DNA from: an uncultured Candidatus Rokubacteria bacterium
Lineage (GTDB): Bacteria; Methylomirabilota; Methylomirabilia; Rokubacteriales; DASRDR01
Direction: 5' to 3'
NCBI GenBank assembly: GCA_963708025.1
Contig: CAVPSB010000025.1
Span: 418,054 to 482,053, forward strand
Length of the DNA: 64,000 bases
The position numbers were made by a program, and so were the translations under genes. Of the stretch, positions 20,197 through 29,256 are shown piece by piece; positions within the stretch are counted from its first letter, which is position 1; every line of letters begins with the position of its first letter. The notes beneath the pieces were generated by a model. That model saw nothing but the letters and a program-made list of their open reading frames with translations. It searched no databases and was not told where the DNA came from.

Positions 20197-21084
20197 ATGC
20201 CGGTCCCTGTCGGCCTCAACGTGTGGTCGCGGCTGGTGGAGCACACCTTCCCGTACCTGGACCGGACGGCCGGTCCGTTCGACTCCCTCTGGTTCCCCGA
20301 CCACGTCCAGTACGATGGTCACAAGGTCGCCGAGGGCTGGATCCTGCTGGCCTATGCCCTCGCCCGCTATCCGGACAAGCTGTGCGGCCACGAGGTCCTG
20401 TGCAACAGCTTCCGCAATCCGGCGCACCTGGCCAAGATGGTCGCCTCCGCTCAGGCGCTCTCGGGCGGTCGCGTGATCCTGGGCATCGGGGCGGGATGGA
20501 ACGAGGAGGAGTACCTGGCCTACGGGTGGCCCTTCCCGCCGGCCCGGGTGCGGATCGCCCAGCTGGCCGAGGCCATCGAGCTGATCCGGTCGATGTGGAC
20601 CCAGGCCCCGGCCAGCTACGAGGGCCAGCACTACCGGATCACCGGCGCCCGCTGCGAGCCGCGCCCCAGCCCGATCCCGCCCGTCATGGTCGGCGGCTCC
20701 GGGGAGAAGTATCTCCTGCGGGTCGTGGCCCGGCACGCCGACTGGTGGAACTACAGCTTTCGCAGCCGGGAGGACTATGCCCGCAAGCAGGAGGTGCTCG
20801 GGAATCACTGCCGGGACGTGGGCCGGGACTACGACGAGATCCGGCAGGTCGTCCGGGTGGGCATCCTGATCGCCGAGACGGAGCGCGAGGTCGAGCGCGC
20901 CAAGGCGCGGCCCGACATCCGGCCGCTGGCGGACATGCAGGTGGTCGGCACCCCGGCCCAGGTGACCGAGGCGCTGCTCGGCGTGATCGAGCAGGGGGCC
21001 GATCGCCTCACGGTCAACTTCGCCGACGTGCCCCACCCGGACGGGACCACTCTGTTCGCCGCGGATGTCCTGCCCCACCTCTGA
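20197..21084 (+). CDS. LLM-class flavin-dependent oxidoreductase (possibly F420-dependent)
   Basis: WFPDH, FRNPAHLAKM, SGGRVILGIGAGW and VGGSGEK motifs. Confidence 0.9.
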   Translation: MPVPVGLNVWSRLVEHTFPYLDRTAGPFDSLWFPDHVQYDGHKVAEGWILLAYALARYPDKLCGHEVLCNSFRNPAHLAKMVASAQALSGGRVILGIGAGWNEEEYLAYGWPFPPARVRIAQLAEAIELIRSMWTQAPASYEGQHYRITGARCEPRPSPIPPVMVGGSGEKYLLRVVARHADWWNYSFRSREDYARKQEVLGNHCRDVGRDYDEIRQVVRVGILIAETEREVERAKARPDIRPLADMQVVGTPAQVTEALLGVIEQGADRLTVNFADVPHPDGTTLFAADVLPHL

Positions 21085-21117
21085 GAGCGGGATCCCGCGC
21101 CCACACGACCCGCTGGC

Positions 21118-22103
21118 ATGAAGATCGCGATCCCGGGCGGCACCGGCCAGGTCGGCACACTCCTGGCGCGCGCGTTTCACGGAGACGGTCACGAGGTGGT
21201 CGTTCTCGGTCGCTCGCCGAAGTCGGCGCCGTGGCGGGTGGCGCGGTGGGATCCGGCGCAGCCTGGCCGGCTGGGTCCGCGAGCTCGACGGCGCGGACGT
21301 CGTGATCAATCTCGCGGGCCGGTCCGTCAACTGCCGGTACACGCCCCGGAATCGACAGGAGATCCTGCAATCGCGGGTCGCGTCCGTCGGCGCGGTGGGT
21401 CGCGCGATCGCGGAGGCGCGACGACCTCCGTCCGTGTGGCTCCAGGCGAGCACGGCGACGATCTACGCTCACCGCTACGATGCGCCCAACGACGAGGTGT
21501 CCGGCGTGATCGGCGGCGCGGAGCCGGGTGCTCCGGACACCTGGCGCTTCAGCATCGACGTGGCCACGGCGTGGGAGAAGGCACTCGACGAGGCTCCGGC
21601 GAGCGGGACGCGCAAGGTGAAGCTCCGATCCGCGATGATCATGAGTCCCGACTCCGGAGGGCATCTTCGACACGCTGCTGACGCTCGTGCGCCGCGGCCT
21701 CGGCGGGACGGCCGGCGACGGCCGCCAGTACGTCTCGTGGATCCACGAGGCGGACTTCGTCCGCGCCGTCTATTTCCTGATCGAGCGGGCCGAGCTCGAC
21801 GGCGCGGTCAACCTGGCGTCGCCGAACCCGCTGCCGAACCAGGAGTTCATGGCCACCTTGCGCCGGACATGGGGAGCGCCCATCGGGCTGCCGTCGACCA
21901 GGTGGATGCTCGAGATCGGCGCCGTTCTCCTGAGGACCGAGACCGAGCTCATCCTGAAGAGCCGGCGTGTCGTTCCCGGCCGCCTGCTGCGCGGCGGGTT
22001 CTCGTTCAGATACGCCGAGTGGCCCGACGCCGCCCGCGAGCTGTGCGAGCGCTGGAAGGCCACGCGGGCGCGAGAAGAGCCGTCCAGCGACTCCCCACCG
22101 TAG
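21118..22103 (+). CDS. NAD-dependent epimerase family protein (TIGR01777/YfcH-like), two frameshifts
   Basis: GGTGQVG, VINLAG, GDGRQYVSWIH and SRRVVP motifs across three frames. Confidence 0.82.
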
Positions 22104-22147
22104 ATGACCCGCAGACTTTCCGGGATGTCGCCGCCGTCCAGGAAGCC

Positions 22148-23191
22148 CTACTGGATCACTCGGTCCGCGCGCATCAGGATCGCCTGGGGAACCTTGAGGC
22201 CGAGGGTCCTGGCGGTCGCGAGATTGACCATCATTTCGAATCGCATCGGCTGCTCCATGGGAAGGTCAGCCGGCTTGGCCCCCTTCAGCACCTTGTCAAC
22301 GAAGGACGCGGCACGGCGGAACATGTCGTTCATGTTCGGGCCGTATGTCATCAGCGCCCCGAGCTCGGCCTGGTCGCGGAAGTCGGAGATCGTCGGTAGC
22401 CGGCTCTTGTTGGCGAGGTCGAGCAGTCGCACCTGATGCGTCAGGATGATGGGCTCGGCGGTCAGGAGCAGGGCGCCGGCGCGCCGCTCGCGGATGCGTG
22501 AGAACACGCCGTCGAGATCAGCGGGGATTCGAAACGGCACGAGCTCCACTTCCAGGCGCAAGAGCCGAGCCGCCTTCTCTGTCTCGGCCACGTGTGACCT
22601 GCTTGCCGGGTTGTCCGGATTGTAGAGCACGGCCACACGGGAGAGCGCCGGCACGACTTCCTTCAGCAGCTCGAGCTGCTTCGCTTCCAGCTCGTGCGAC
22701 GGAAGGCTCAGACCCGTGATATTGCCGCCGGGCCGGGCGAGGCTTGTGACGAGCCCTCCCATCACCGGATCGGCAACCAGCGCTAGGACGATCGGTGTCG
22801 CCCGATTGGTCTGCGCGAAGGCCCGGAGCCACGGCGCGCCAACCGTGACGAGCACGTCAACATTGAGGCGGATCAGCTCGTCAGCCAAACCGGGGAGCCG
22901 CTCGTACTGTCCTAGCGCAGAACGCCACTCGATCACGATGCTCTGCCCTTCGACGTATCCGAGGTCGCGGAGACCGAGACGGAATGCCTCGTCCGCCATC
23001 AGGTTCTCCGGGTCCTTCTGAGCGAATGGCGGAGAGAGGCGCTCTCCGCGAGGGGTGGGACACAGCCACGGACACACCACTCCGACCCGAGGGATCTTGC
23101 CCGTCGGCTGCGCGCCGACGGTCGGTGAGCCCGCGGGCAGGCCGGGAAGGAACGTCAGCAGCACGAGGAAGGCGATGGCCAGCCGCGTCAT
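22148..23191 (-). CDS. Orphan ABC substrate-binding protein (Trp/Tyr-type family)
   Basis: GYVEGQ, DPV..GLV.SLARPGGNITG, GAKPADLP.EQP and NL.TA..LG motifs. Confidence 0.88.
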   Translation of the reverse strand: MTRLAIAFLVLLTFLPGLPAGSPTVGAQPTGKIPRVGVVCPWLCPTPRGERLSPPFAQKDPENLMADEAFRLGLRDLGYVEGQSIVIEWRSALGQYERLPGLADELIRLNVDVLVTVGAPWLRAFAQTNRATPIVLALVADPVMGGLVTSLARPGGNITGLSLPSHELEAKQLELLKEVVPALSRVAVLYNPDNPASRSHVAETEKAARLLRLEVELVPFRIPADLDGVFSRIRERRAGALLLTAEPIILTHQVRLLDLANKSRLPTISDFRDQAELGALMTYGPNMNDMFRRAASFVDKVLKGAKPADLPMEQPMRFEMMVNLATARTLGLKVPQAILMRADRVIQ

Positions 23192-23369
23192 TGGCGACCC
23201 CCGATGGGCGAGATGCTACGCCGGGAGACGGGGCGCGGTCAAACAGCCCCCGAGATTGCCTTCGCGGACGGGCGGCGAGGCCGGCCGGGCGAGCGGCGCC
23301 CGCCTTGGCCAGGAGCCCGGAAACCCTCACGCCGCGGCCCGATCGACCGACCGGCAGCCTCGGTACGAC

Positions 23370-24152
23370 CTACCAGAGGGTGTAGCCGCCGTCGATGACC
23401 AGGACGGCGCCGGTCATGTAGCGGGAGGCGTCGCTGGCCAGGTACACGGCGAGCGGCGCCAGGTCTTCGGGCTCGCCGTAGTCGCCCATGGGGACCTGGG
23501 CCTTGAACGTCTCGACGATCGCCGGGTTGACCGTCTTCCAGCGGACGTTCGGCGCCGTCATGAAGCCGCCGGGCGCGATGGCGTTGACCGTCACCCGGTG
23601 GGGCGCCCAGTCGGCGGCGGTGGCCCGGGTGAAGGCGATGACCGCGGCCTTGGCCGTCTCGTAGCTCCGTCCCCCGATGCCGCGGTTCGAGATGATCCCC
23701 GAGATCGACGCGATGTTGATGACCCGTCCGCCCTGGCCCCGCGCCACCATGGCGCCGCCGATCAGCTTGGTGCAGACGAAGGTGCTGGTCAGGTTGAGAT
23801 CGATGAGCGATTGCCAGGTCTCGAGGGGCAGGTCCGGGGTCGGGATGTCCACGCGGCGCCCGCCGACGTTGTTGATCAGGATGTCGATCGGCCCGTGGTC
23901 GGCCAGAGCCGTCCGGCAGGCGCGCTCCGCCTCCTCGGGGCGGCCGACGTCCGCCTGGATGGTGAAGGCGCGCCGCCCGCGGGCCCGGACGTCGGCGGCC
24001 GTCTGGTCCAGGCTCGGCTGCTCGCGGCCGACCAGGACCACGTCGGCGCCGGCCTCGGCGATCCCCAGGGCCATCTCGCGGCCGAGCCCGCGGCTCCCGC
24101 CGGTGATGAACAGGCGCTTCCCGTCGAGCCGGAACCGGTCCAGGACGGACAT
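23370..24152 (-). CDS. SDR family oxidoreductase
   Basis: TGGSRGLG, YETAK (YxxxK), VNAIAPG and DGG motifs. Confidence 0.93.
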   Translation of the reverse strand: MSVLDRFRLDGKRLFITGGSRGLGREMALGIAEAGADVVLVGREQPSLDQTAADVRARGRRAFTIQADVGRPEEAERACRTALADHGPIDILINNVGGRRVDIPTPDLPLETWQSLIDLNLTSTFVCTKLIGGAMVARGQGGRVINIASISGIISNRGIGGRSYETAKAAVIAFTRATAADWAPHRVTVNAIAPGGFMTAPNVRWKTVNPAIVETFKAQVPMGDYGEPEDLAPLAVYLASDASRYMTGAVLVIDGGYTLW

Positions 24153-24159
24153 TCGTCAC

Positions 24160-24222
24160 CTCCCTCCTCCCCCCCCCAGCCCCCCTCCCCCACCCACTGG
24201 GGGGAGGGGGGGGCCGGAGGTG
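24160..24222. repeat. Intergenic palindromic repeat, family B (C-tract/G-tract arms), copy 1
   Basis: CCCCCCCAGCCCCCCTCCCCC.CCCACTGGGGGGAGGGGGG.GCCGGAGG, shared with 34643-34716 and 59364-59490. Confidence 0.8.
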
Positions 24223-24244
24223 CAGGTGAGATACCCCCGGATGT

Positions 24245-25219
24245 TCAGACCAGGTCGCGGGGCACCGTGGTGTTCCAGCTCCGGGGGAAGACGCGGCCCT
24301 CGCCCTCGAAGGCGTCCAGGATGGCCTGCACCCGGAACTCCTCGCGCGTCGCCGTGAGGATGGTGCGGGTGCGGGCCTCGACGCGCCAGTCGCCCCGCCG
24401 CATCCGGACGGTCGAGGCCACCTCCGCCCGCGCCGAGAGCGGGTCGTCGGGTCGGATGTCGTAGCGCTCGGTGACGACGGTCTGCACGGTGAGGTCGATG
24501 TCGTCCAGCCGGTAGAGCCCGCTGTCCTGGAGGATCTCCTGCGTGACCACGTCGGCGGCGACGTCGTGGTGGACCGTCCGCCCCCCGCGGGCGGGCTCCA
24601 GCATCGGCCAGACGATCGGCCAGTAGGCGGTGGAGAGGGCGAGGCGCACCCGATGGCCCGGGGGGAAGGCCTGGGCCACGTCGCCGAGCGGGAGCCGCAC
24701 GCGGTAGCGGCGTCCGGGCGTGAGCGGCGCCGGCGCCTCGTGGCCGTCGCGATGGGTCAGGTTGAGCAGGCCGTAGGTGACGCGGGTGGCGGCGCCGTCC
24801 GGGGCGACGTCGGAGAGCCGGGCGGCCACGAGGGCGACGGGGCGGTCGGCGGCCAGCTCCAGCTCCACCACCGGCGCGCCGAGGATCTCCACGCGCTCAC
24901 CCAGCGGCTCGGTGTCGAAGACGAGCGACCCGCCGTCCTCGAAGCGCTGGTCGGTCGGCAGGTCCAGCCCGGTGCCGTGGGCGCACCAGCGCCCGGCGTG
25001 GAGGCCGACGGTTTCCGGCGAGCGCAGATGGAGCTCGACCTCGCGTCCCGGTGCCGGCTCCAGCCGACCCGGCGTGAGCGCGAGCCGCCAGGGGCGGATG
25101 CGCGGCGACGGCCAGGCGGACTCCCCGATCCATCGGCCCGGACGCTCGGGGTAGTGATGGGCGGGCGGGACGCTCTCCTGCATCCAGAGGCGCAGGAGCG
25201 GCTCGCGTCGCGCCGTCAC
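24245..25219 (-). pseudogene. CocE/NonD-family hydrolase, C-terminal domain only
   Basis: EILGAP, RLSDVAPDG..TRVTYG.LNL and GHRVRLALST motifs; alpha/beta-hydrolase catalytic domain absent. Confidence 0.75.
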
Positions 25220-25491
25220 CGGTCGGTCAGCAGACGATCGGCCTCCGCAAGAACCTCGTCGAGGTCATGCCCCTTGGCGGTCGCAATCTCGCGCTCGCCT
25301 CGTGCAAGGATCCGGAGGATCTGTCGCTCATGCTCAGAGCGCTCGTACGCTTCGACGCTGAGCATGACGGCTGCCGCCCTTCCTCGCTGCGTGATGACGA
25401 GGGGCTGCTTTGTGGCGCGAATCCGTCTGAGGGCCGCGGCCGCGTCTTGCCGAAGATCGGTGACCGGGATGATGTCGGGGACCTTGGGCAT
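25216..25491 (-). CDS. Phd/YefM-family antitoxin (orphan)
   Basis: IIPVTDLR...QPLVITQRGRAAAVMLS; AAGGAG RBS; no toxin downstream. Confidence 0.88.
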   Translation of the reverse strand: MPKVPDIIPVTDLRQDAAAALRRIRATKQPLVITQRGRAAAVMLSVEAYERSEHERQILRILARGEREIATAKGHDLDEVLAEADRLLTDR

Positions 25492-25637
25492 CGATGTCTC
25501 CTTCCGTACGCCCAAGAGTACCTTCAACCGTACCCCCAAGCAACGTCCTCGGATCCGCTACGGACTGACCCCACAGCGGTCAGCGGGGGGCAACGCGAGC
25601 CCCTGGTCGACGGCACAGCCCGGTCAGGCAGCGTCGG

Positions 25638-25958
25638 TCACCTCTTGCGCAGGTGGATCACCCTCGGCGCGGAGCCCTCGGCGCCGCGGGAGTCGTCTGC
25701 CCGGCGCAAGAGTGTGGGTGCAACGTTCCAGCGCTGGCCGCTGTCGGTGATGACGGTGACCGTCTTCCGGTTGTAGCGAGTCAGCATGCCGATCACGACC
25801 GGACGGCCTTCCGGCTGGAACGAAACACGATCACCGATCCTGAACTCTAGCATCTCGGCGTGCGCCCGCATCTGATGCAGGAACCTCAACCGCTCGACGA
25901 TCCTGTTGTTGAGGTCGATGAGCTCCGATTCGGTGAGCCGGTCGATGTCGATGCCCAT
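25638..25958 (-). CDS. Hypothetical protein (106 aa; N-terminal helix plus beta-rich, SH3-like region)
   Basis: AGGGAG RBS; protein-like composition (FRIGDRVSF...YNRKTVTV...WNVAP). Confidence 0.7.
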   Translation of the reverse strand: MGIDIDRLTESELIDLNNRIVERLRFLHQMRAHAEMLEFRIGDRVSFQPEGRPVVIGMLTRYNRKTVTVITDSGQRWNVAPTLLRRADDSRGAEGSAPRVIHLRKR

Positions 25959-25970
25959 TCACACTCCCTT

Positions 25971-26038
25971 GGTCGGAGGAAGCGGACCTCGTCCAGGTAC
26001 GGCTTGCCGGCCTGCCAGTAGTCGGCACGCCGCTTCAG
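25971..26038 (-). pseudogene. Short remnant of a family-5 SBP gene
   Basis: Translates to LKRRADYWQAGKPYLDEVRFLR; compare LERWEKYFKPSKPYLDRVIF in the SBP at 440-1984. Confidence 0.6.
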
Positions 26039-26712
26039 ACCGGGGAGACCTTCCGCTCGAGCCGGCGGGCGGCGACCGACATCGAGTAGGTCAGGATCCA
26101 GTAGACCACCGCGATGAAGAGGTACAGCTCGAACGGCTTGATCTCCCGGTTGTTCACGATCTGGGCGGCCTTGGTGAGGTCCACGTAGCCGATGATCGAC
26201 GCCAGCGAGGTGTCCTTCAGGAGCACGATCATCTGCGTCACCAGGGACGGCAGCATGTTGCGGAGGGCCTGGGGGAGGACGACGTAGAACATGCTCTGGC
26301 GCCCCTTGAGCCCCAGCGCGGTGGCCGCCTCCACCTGACCGCGCGGCACCGACTGGATGCCGGCCCGCACGATCTCGCCGAAGTAGGCGGCCTCGAAGAC
26401 GACGAACGCCACCAGGGCCACGCCGTACTCCGGGATCGGCAGCCGGAGGAGCTGGGGGATGATGAACCACATCCAGAAGATCACCATGACCAGGGGCACG
26501 CCGCGGAAGAACTCGACGTACATCGTCGCCGCCGTCCGCAGCCACGCCGCCTGCGCCAGGCGTGCCAGCCCGATGAAGATGCCGAGCACGAAGCCGAGGA
26601 TGATGGCCGGGATCGCCAGGCGCAGGGTGCCGCCCGCGAAGCCGCCGATGCCCAGGAGCCCCTGCACGATCAGAAACTTGAAGTTGGCGCCGATGACGCC
26701 GAAGTCGAGCAT
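26035..26712 (-). CDS. Polar amino-acid ABC permease (GltK-like)
   Basis: EFFRGVPL, RAGIQSVPRGQ and KDTSL motifs. Confidence 0.93.
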   Translation of the reverse strand: MLDFGVIGANFKFLIVQGLLGIGGFAGGTLRLAIPAIILGFVLGIFIGLARLAQAAWLRTAATMYVEFFRGVPLVMVIFWMWFIIPQLLRLPIPEYGVALVAFVVFEAAYFGEIVRAGIQSVPRGQVEAATALGLKGRQSMFYVVLPQALRNMLPSLVTQMIVLLKDTSLASIIGYVDLTKAAQIVNNREIKPFELYLFIAVVYWILTYSMSVAARRLERKVSPV

Positions 26713-26715
26713 GGC

Positions 26716-27435
26716 TCAGCCGGCCCCGACCCGGGCGATCAGCCCCGGGATGGCGAAGTGCCGCTCCACGCGGGCCATGACGTACGCGATGACGACGCAG
26801 AGGCCCAGGTAGATGAGGGTGCCGGCGGTCAACGCCTCGATCGCGCGGGCGGTGTAGGTCTCGATCTGCCGGGTCTGGAACGTCAGCTCGGCCACGCTGA
26901 TGGTCAGCGCCACCGAGGAGTTCTTGAGGAGCGCCAGCGACTCGTTGGTGGCCGGCGGCACGATGAGCCGAAGGGCGATGGGCAGGATGACGAGCTGGTA
27001 GGCCTTGGGGACCGTCAGGCCCAGCGCCACCGACGCCTCGAACTGGGTCCGGGGGATCGAGAGGATGCCCGAGCGGATGACCTCCGAGAAGCGGGCACCG
27101 TGATACACGCCCAGCGCGACCGTCCCCGCCCAGAACTCGGCGCTGTGGTCGAAGAGCCAGGCCTGGACGGCCTGGGGCAGGAGCGGGGGGACGCCGAAGT
27201 ACCAGAAGAACATCCAGACCAGCAGGGGGACATTGCGGAAGAACTCGACGTAGAAGACCGCCATGGCCCGGAGCGGCTTGAACGGCACCGTCCGCATCGC
27301 CCCTGAGAGGACGCCGAGCGTCACCGCCAGCAGCCAGGCCAGGGCCGACATGGCCAGGGTCGTGAGCAGGCCCTGGAGCAGCCAGCCCCCCGACTGGCCG
27401 CTCCAGAGCACGCTCCAGTTGAACTGGTAGCTCAT
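26716..27435 (-). CDS. Polar amino-acid ABC permease (GltJ-like)
   Basis: EFFRNVPLLV, RSGILSIP and KNSS motifs. Confidence 0.93.
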   Translation of the reverse strand: MSYQFNWSVLWSGQSGGWLLQGLLTTLAMSALAWLLAVTLGVLSGAMRTVPFKPLRAMAVFYVEFFRNVPLLVWMFFWYFGVPPLLPQAVQAWLFDHSAEFWAGTVALGVYHGARFSEVIRSGILSIPRTQFEASVALGLTVPKAYQLVILPIALRLIVPPATNESLALLKNSSVALTISVAELTFQTRQIETYTARAIEALTAGTLIYLGLCVVIAYVMARVERHFAIPGLIARVGAG

Positions 27436-27485
27436 GCGCCTACCTTGAGGTCACGTTCCTTGAAGCGCCAAAGCCATGGCAGATG

Positions 27486-27627
27486 GGTTGAGCGCCCGGG
27501 GCGGGGTCGAGGAGCGAGCAGCGCTAGGACGCAGGGAGTCGCCGACCGCAGGCGTACTCCGAGTACGCCGAGGATCGGCGACGACCGAGGACGACGCGAT
27601 GCGACGCTCATCGGCCCCGCCCCAACC
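27486..27627. repeat. Intergenic long-hairpin repeat, family C, copy 1
   Basis: GAGCAGC.CTAGGACG and CCGAGGACGACG shared with 60407-60493; GGCGTAC..GTACGCCGAGG shared with the reverse complement of 39185-39216. Confidence 0.78.
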
Positions 27628-27629
27628 GG

Positions 27630-28484
27630 CTATTTCTTGATCTGAGACAGCAGGAACGCCTTCACGTCCGGGGTCAGCGGATAGGGCACCTCGCCCTTGG
27701 GGCCGAACCACTTGTCGTACAGCTCGAAGTACTTCCCCGACTCCAGGGCCTGCTTCAGGCCGGCGTCCACCACCTGCTGGAAGTCCGCCTCGCCCTTGCG
27801 CATGGCCATGCCGTAGGGTTCCCGCGAGTAGAAGTCGCCGACGACCTCCCAGTCGTCCGGCTTCGGGGCCTTGGCCTTGAGGCCGGCGAGCTGGATGCCG
27901 TCGTTGGTGTAGGCGTCGACCTGGCCCTGGACCATCGCCTGGAACGCCGAGGGCTGGTCGGGGAACTCGCGGAGGTTGGCGGTCGGCACCTTCTCGCGGA
28001 TGATCTTCGCGTTGGTGGAGCCCTGCTGGGCGGCGATCCGCTTGCCGGCGACGGAGTCGATGCCCTTGATCGGGCTGCCCTTCTTGACCAGGAACTGGGC
28101 GCCGGTGAGGAAGAAGGTGAGGCTGAAATCGACGCTCTGGCGTCGCTCCGGGGTGTCGGTCATGGTGCCGGCGATGAGGTCGACCGCGTTCGACGTCAGC
28201 AGCGGGATGCGGGTGGCCGGCGCCGACTCCTTCTTCTCGACCTTGACGGGCTTGCCGAGCTTCTTCGAGATCGCCGGCGCCACCGCCTGCTCGACCAGGT
28301 CGATCGTGAAGCCGACCCACTCGTTGCTCTTGTTGATGTACGCGAACGGCGGCGAGCCGGTCCGGGTGCCGATCGTCAGCGTGCCCGTGCGGCCGATCTT
28401 CTCGAGCGTCGTCTCGGCGAAGGCGGGGGTGGCCAGCGGCAGCGCAACCGCCAGCGCGACGAGGATCGACAGGACTCGCTTCAT
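27630..28484 (-). CDS. Polar amino-acid ABC substrate-binding protein (GltI-like)
   Basis: Signal peptide; TRIPLL, T.TPER, VDFS and EPYGM motifs. Confidence 0.92.
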   Translation of the reverse strand: MKRVLSILVALAVALPLATPAFAETTLEKIGRTGTLTIGTRTGSPPFAYINKSNEWVGFTIDLVEQAVAPAISKKLGKPVKVEKKESAPATRIPLLTSNAVDLIAGTMTDTPERRQSVDFSLTFFLTGAQFLVKKGSPIKGIDSVAGKRIAAQQGSTNAKIIREKVPTANLREFPDQPSAFQAMVQGQVDAYTNDGIQLAGLKAKAPKPDDWEVVGDFYSREPYGMAMRKGEADFQQVVDAGLKQALESGKYFELYDKWFGPKGEVPYPLTPDVKAFLLSQIKK

Positions 28485-28496
28485 CGTGGCCTCCAT

Positions 28497-29237
28497 TCAG
28501 TGAGAGAGGATCTTGGACAGGAACTGCCGGGCCCGGTCGGAGACCGGGTTGGCGAAGAACGTCTCGGGCGGGGCGTCCTCGACGACCTGCCCGGCGTCCA
28601 TGAAGATCACCCGGTGGGCGACCCGGCGGGCGAAGCCCATCTCGTGGGTGACCACCATCATGGTCATGCCGTCCTTGGCCAGGAGTGTCATGACGTCGAG
28701 GACCTCGTTGATCATCTCGGGATCGAGGGCCGAGGTCGGCTCGTCGAAGAGCATGATCTCGGGCTGCATGGCCAGCGCCCGCGCGATGGCGACCCGCTGT
28801 TGCTGGCCGCCGGAGAGGTTGGCCGGGTAGTGGCCCGCCTTCTCCGGGATCCCGACCCGCTCCAGGAGCGCCCGCGCCGTCTTCTCGGCGGCGGCGCGGC
28901 CGACGCCGCGGACCTTCAGCGGGGCCAGCATGATGTTCTCGATTGCCGTCTTGTGGGGGAAGAGGTTGAACGACTGGAAGACCATGCCGACGCGGGTGCG
29001 GAGCCGCGGCAGGTCGACGCCGGGGCGCGTGAGCGACTCGCCGAGGACGAGCAGCTCCCCGGCCTGGATCCGCTCCAGCACGTTGACGCAGCGGATCAGC
29101 GTGCTCTTGCCCGATCCCGACGGGCCGCACACCACCACCACCTCGCCGGGAGCGACGGTCAGGTTGATGTCGTGCAGGACGTGGAAGCGCCCGTAGTACT
29201 TCTGGACACCCTTGAACTCGATCGCCGGGCCGGCCAT
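28497..29237 (-). CDS. Polar amino-acid ABC ATPase (GltL/GlnQ-like)
   Basis: GPSGSGKST, LSGGQQQR and DEPTSALDPE motifs. Confidence 0.95.
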   Translation of the reverse strand: MAGPAIEFKGVQKYYGRFHVLHDINLTVAPGEVVVVCGPSGSGKSTLIRCVNVLERIQAGELLVLGESLTRPGVDLPRLRTRVGMVFQSFNLFPHKTAIENIMLAPLKVRGVGRAAAEKTARALLERVGIPEKAGHYPANLSGGQQQRVAIARALAMQPEIMLFDEPTSALDPEMINEVLDVMTLLAKDGMTMMVVTHEMGFARRVAHRVIFMDAGQVVEDAPPETFFANPVSDRARQFLSKILSH

Positions 29238-29256
29238 CGGTCGCTCCCTTCCCTGG

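Noticed and set aside
24153-24244. Bridging ORF across the family B element before the SDR gene
   Set aside because: The frame is open and ends 3 nt before ATG, but there is no canonical start near the upstream stop and homopolymer lengths are unreliable
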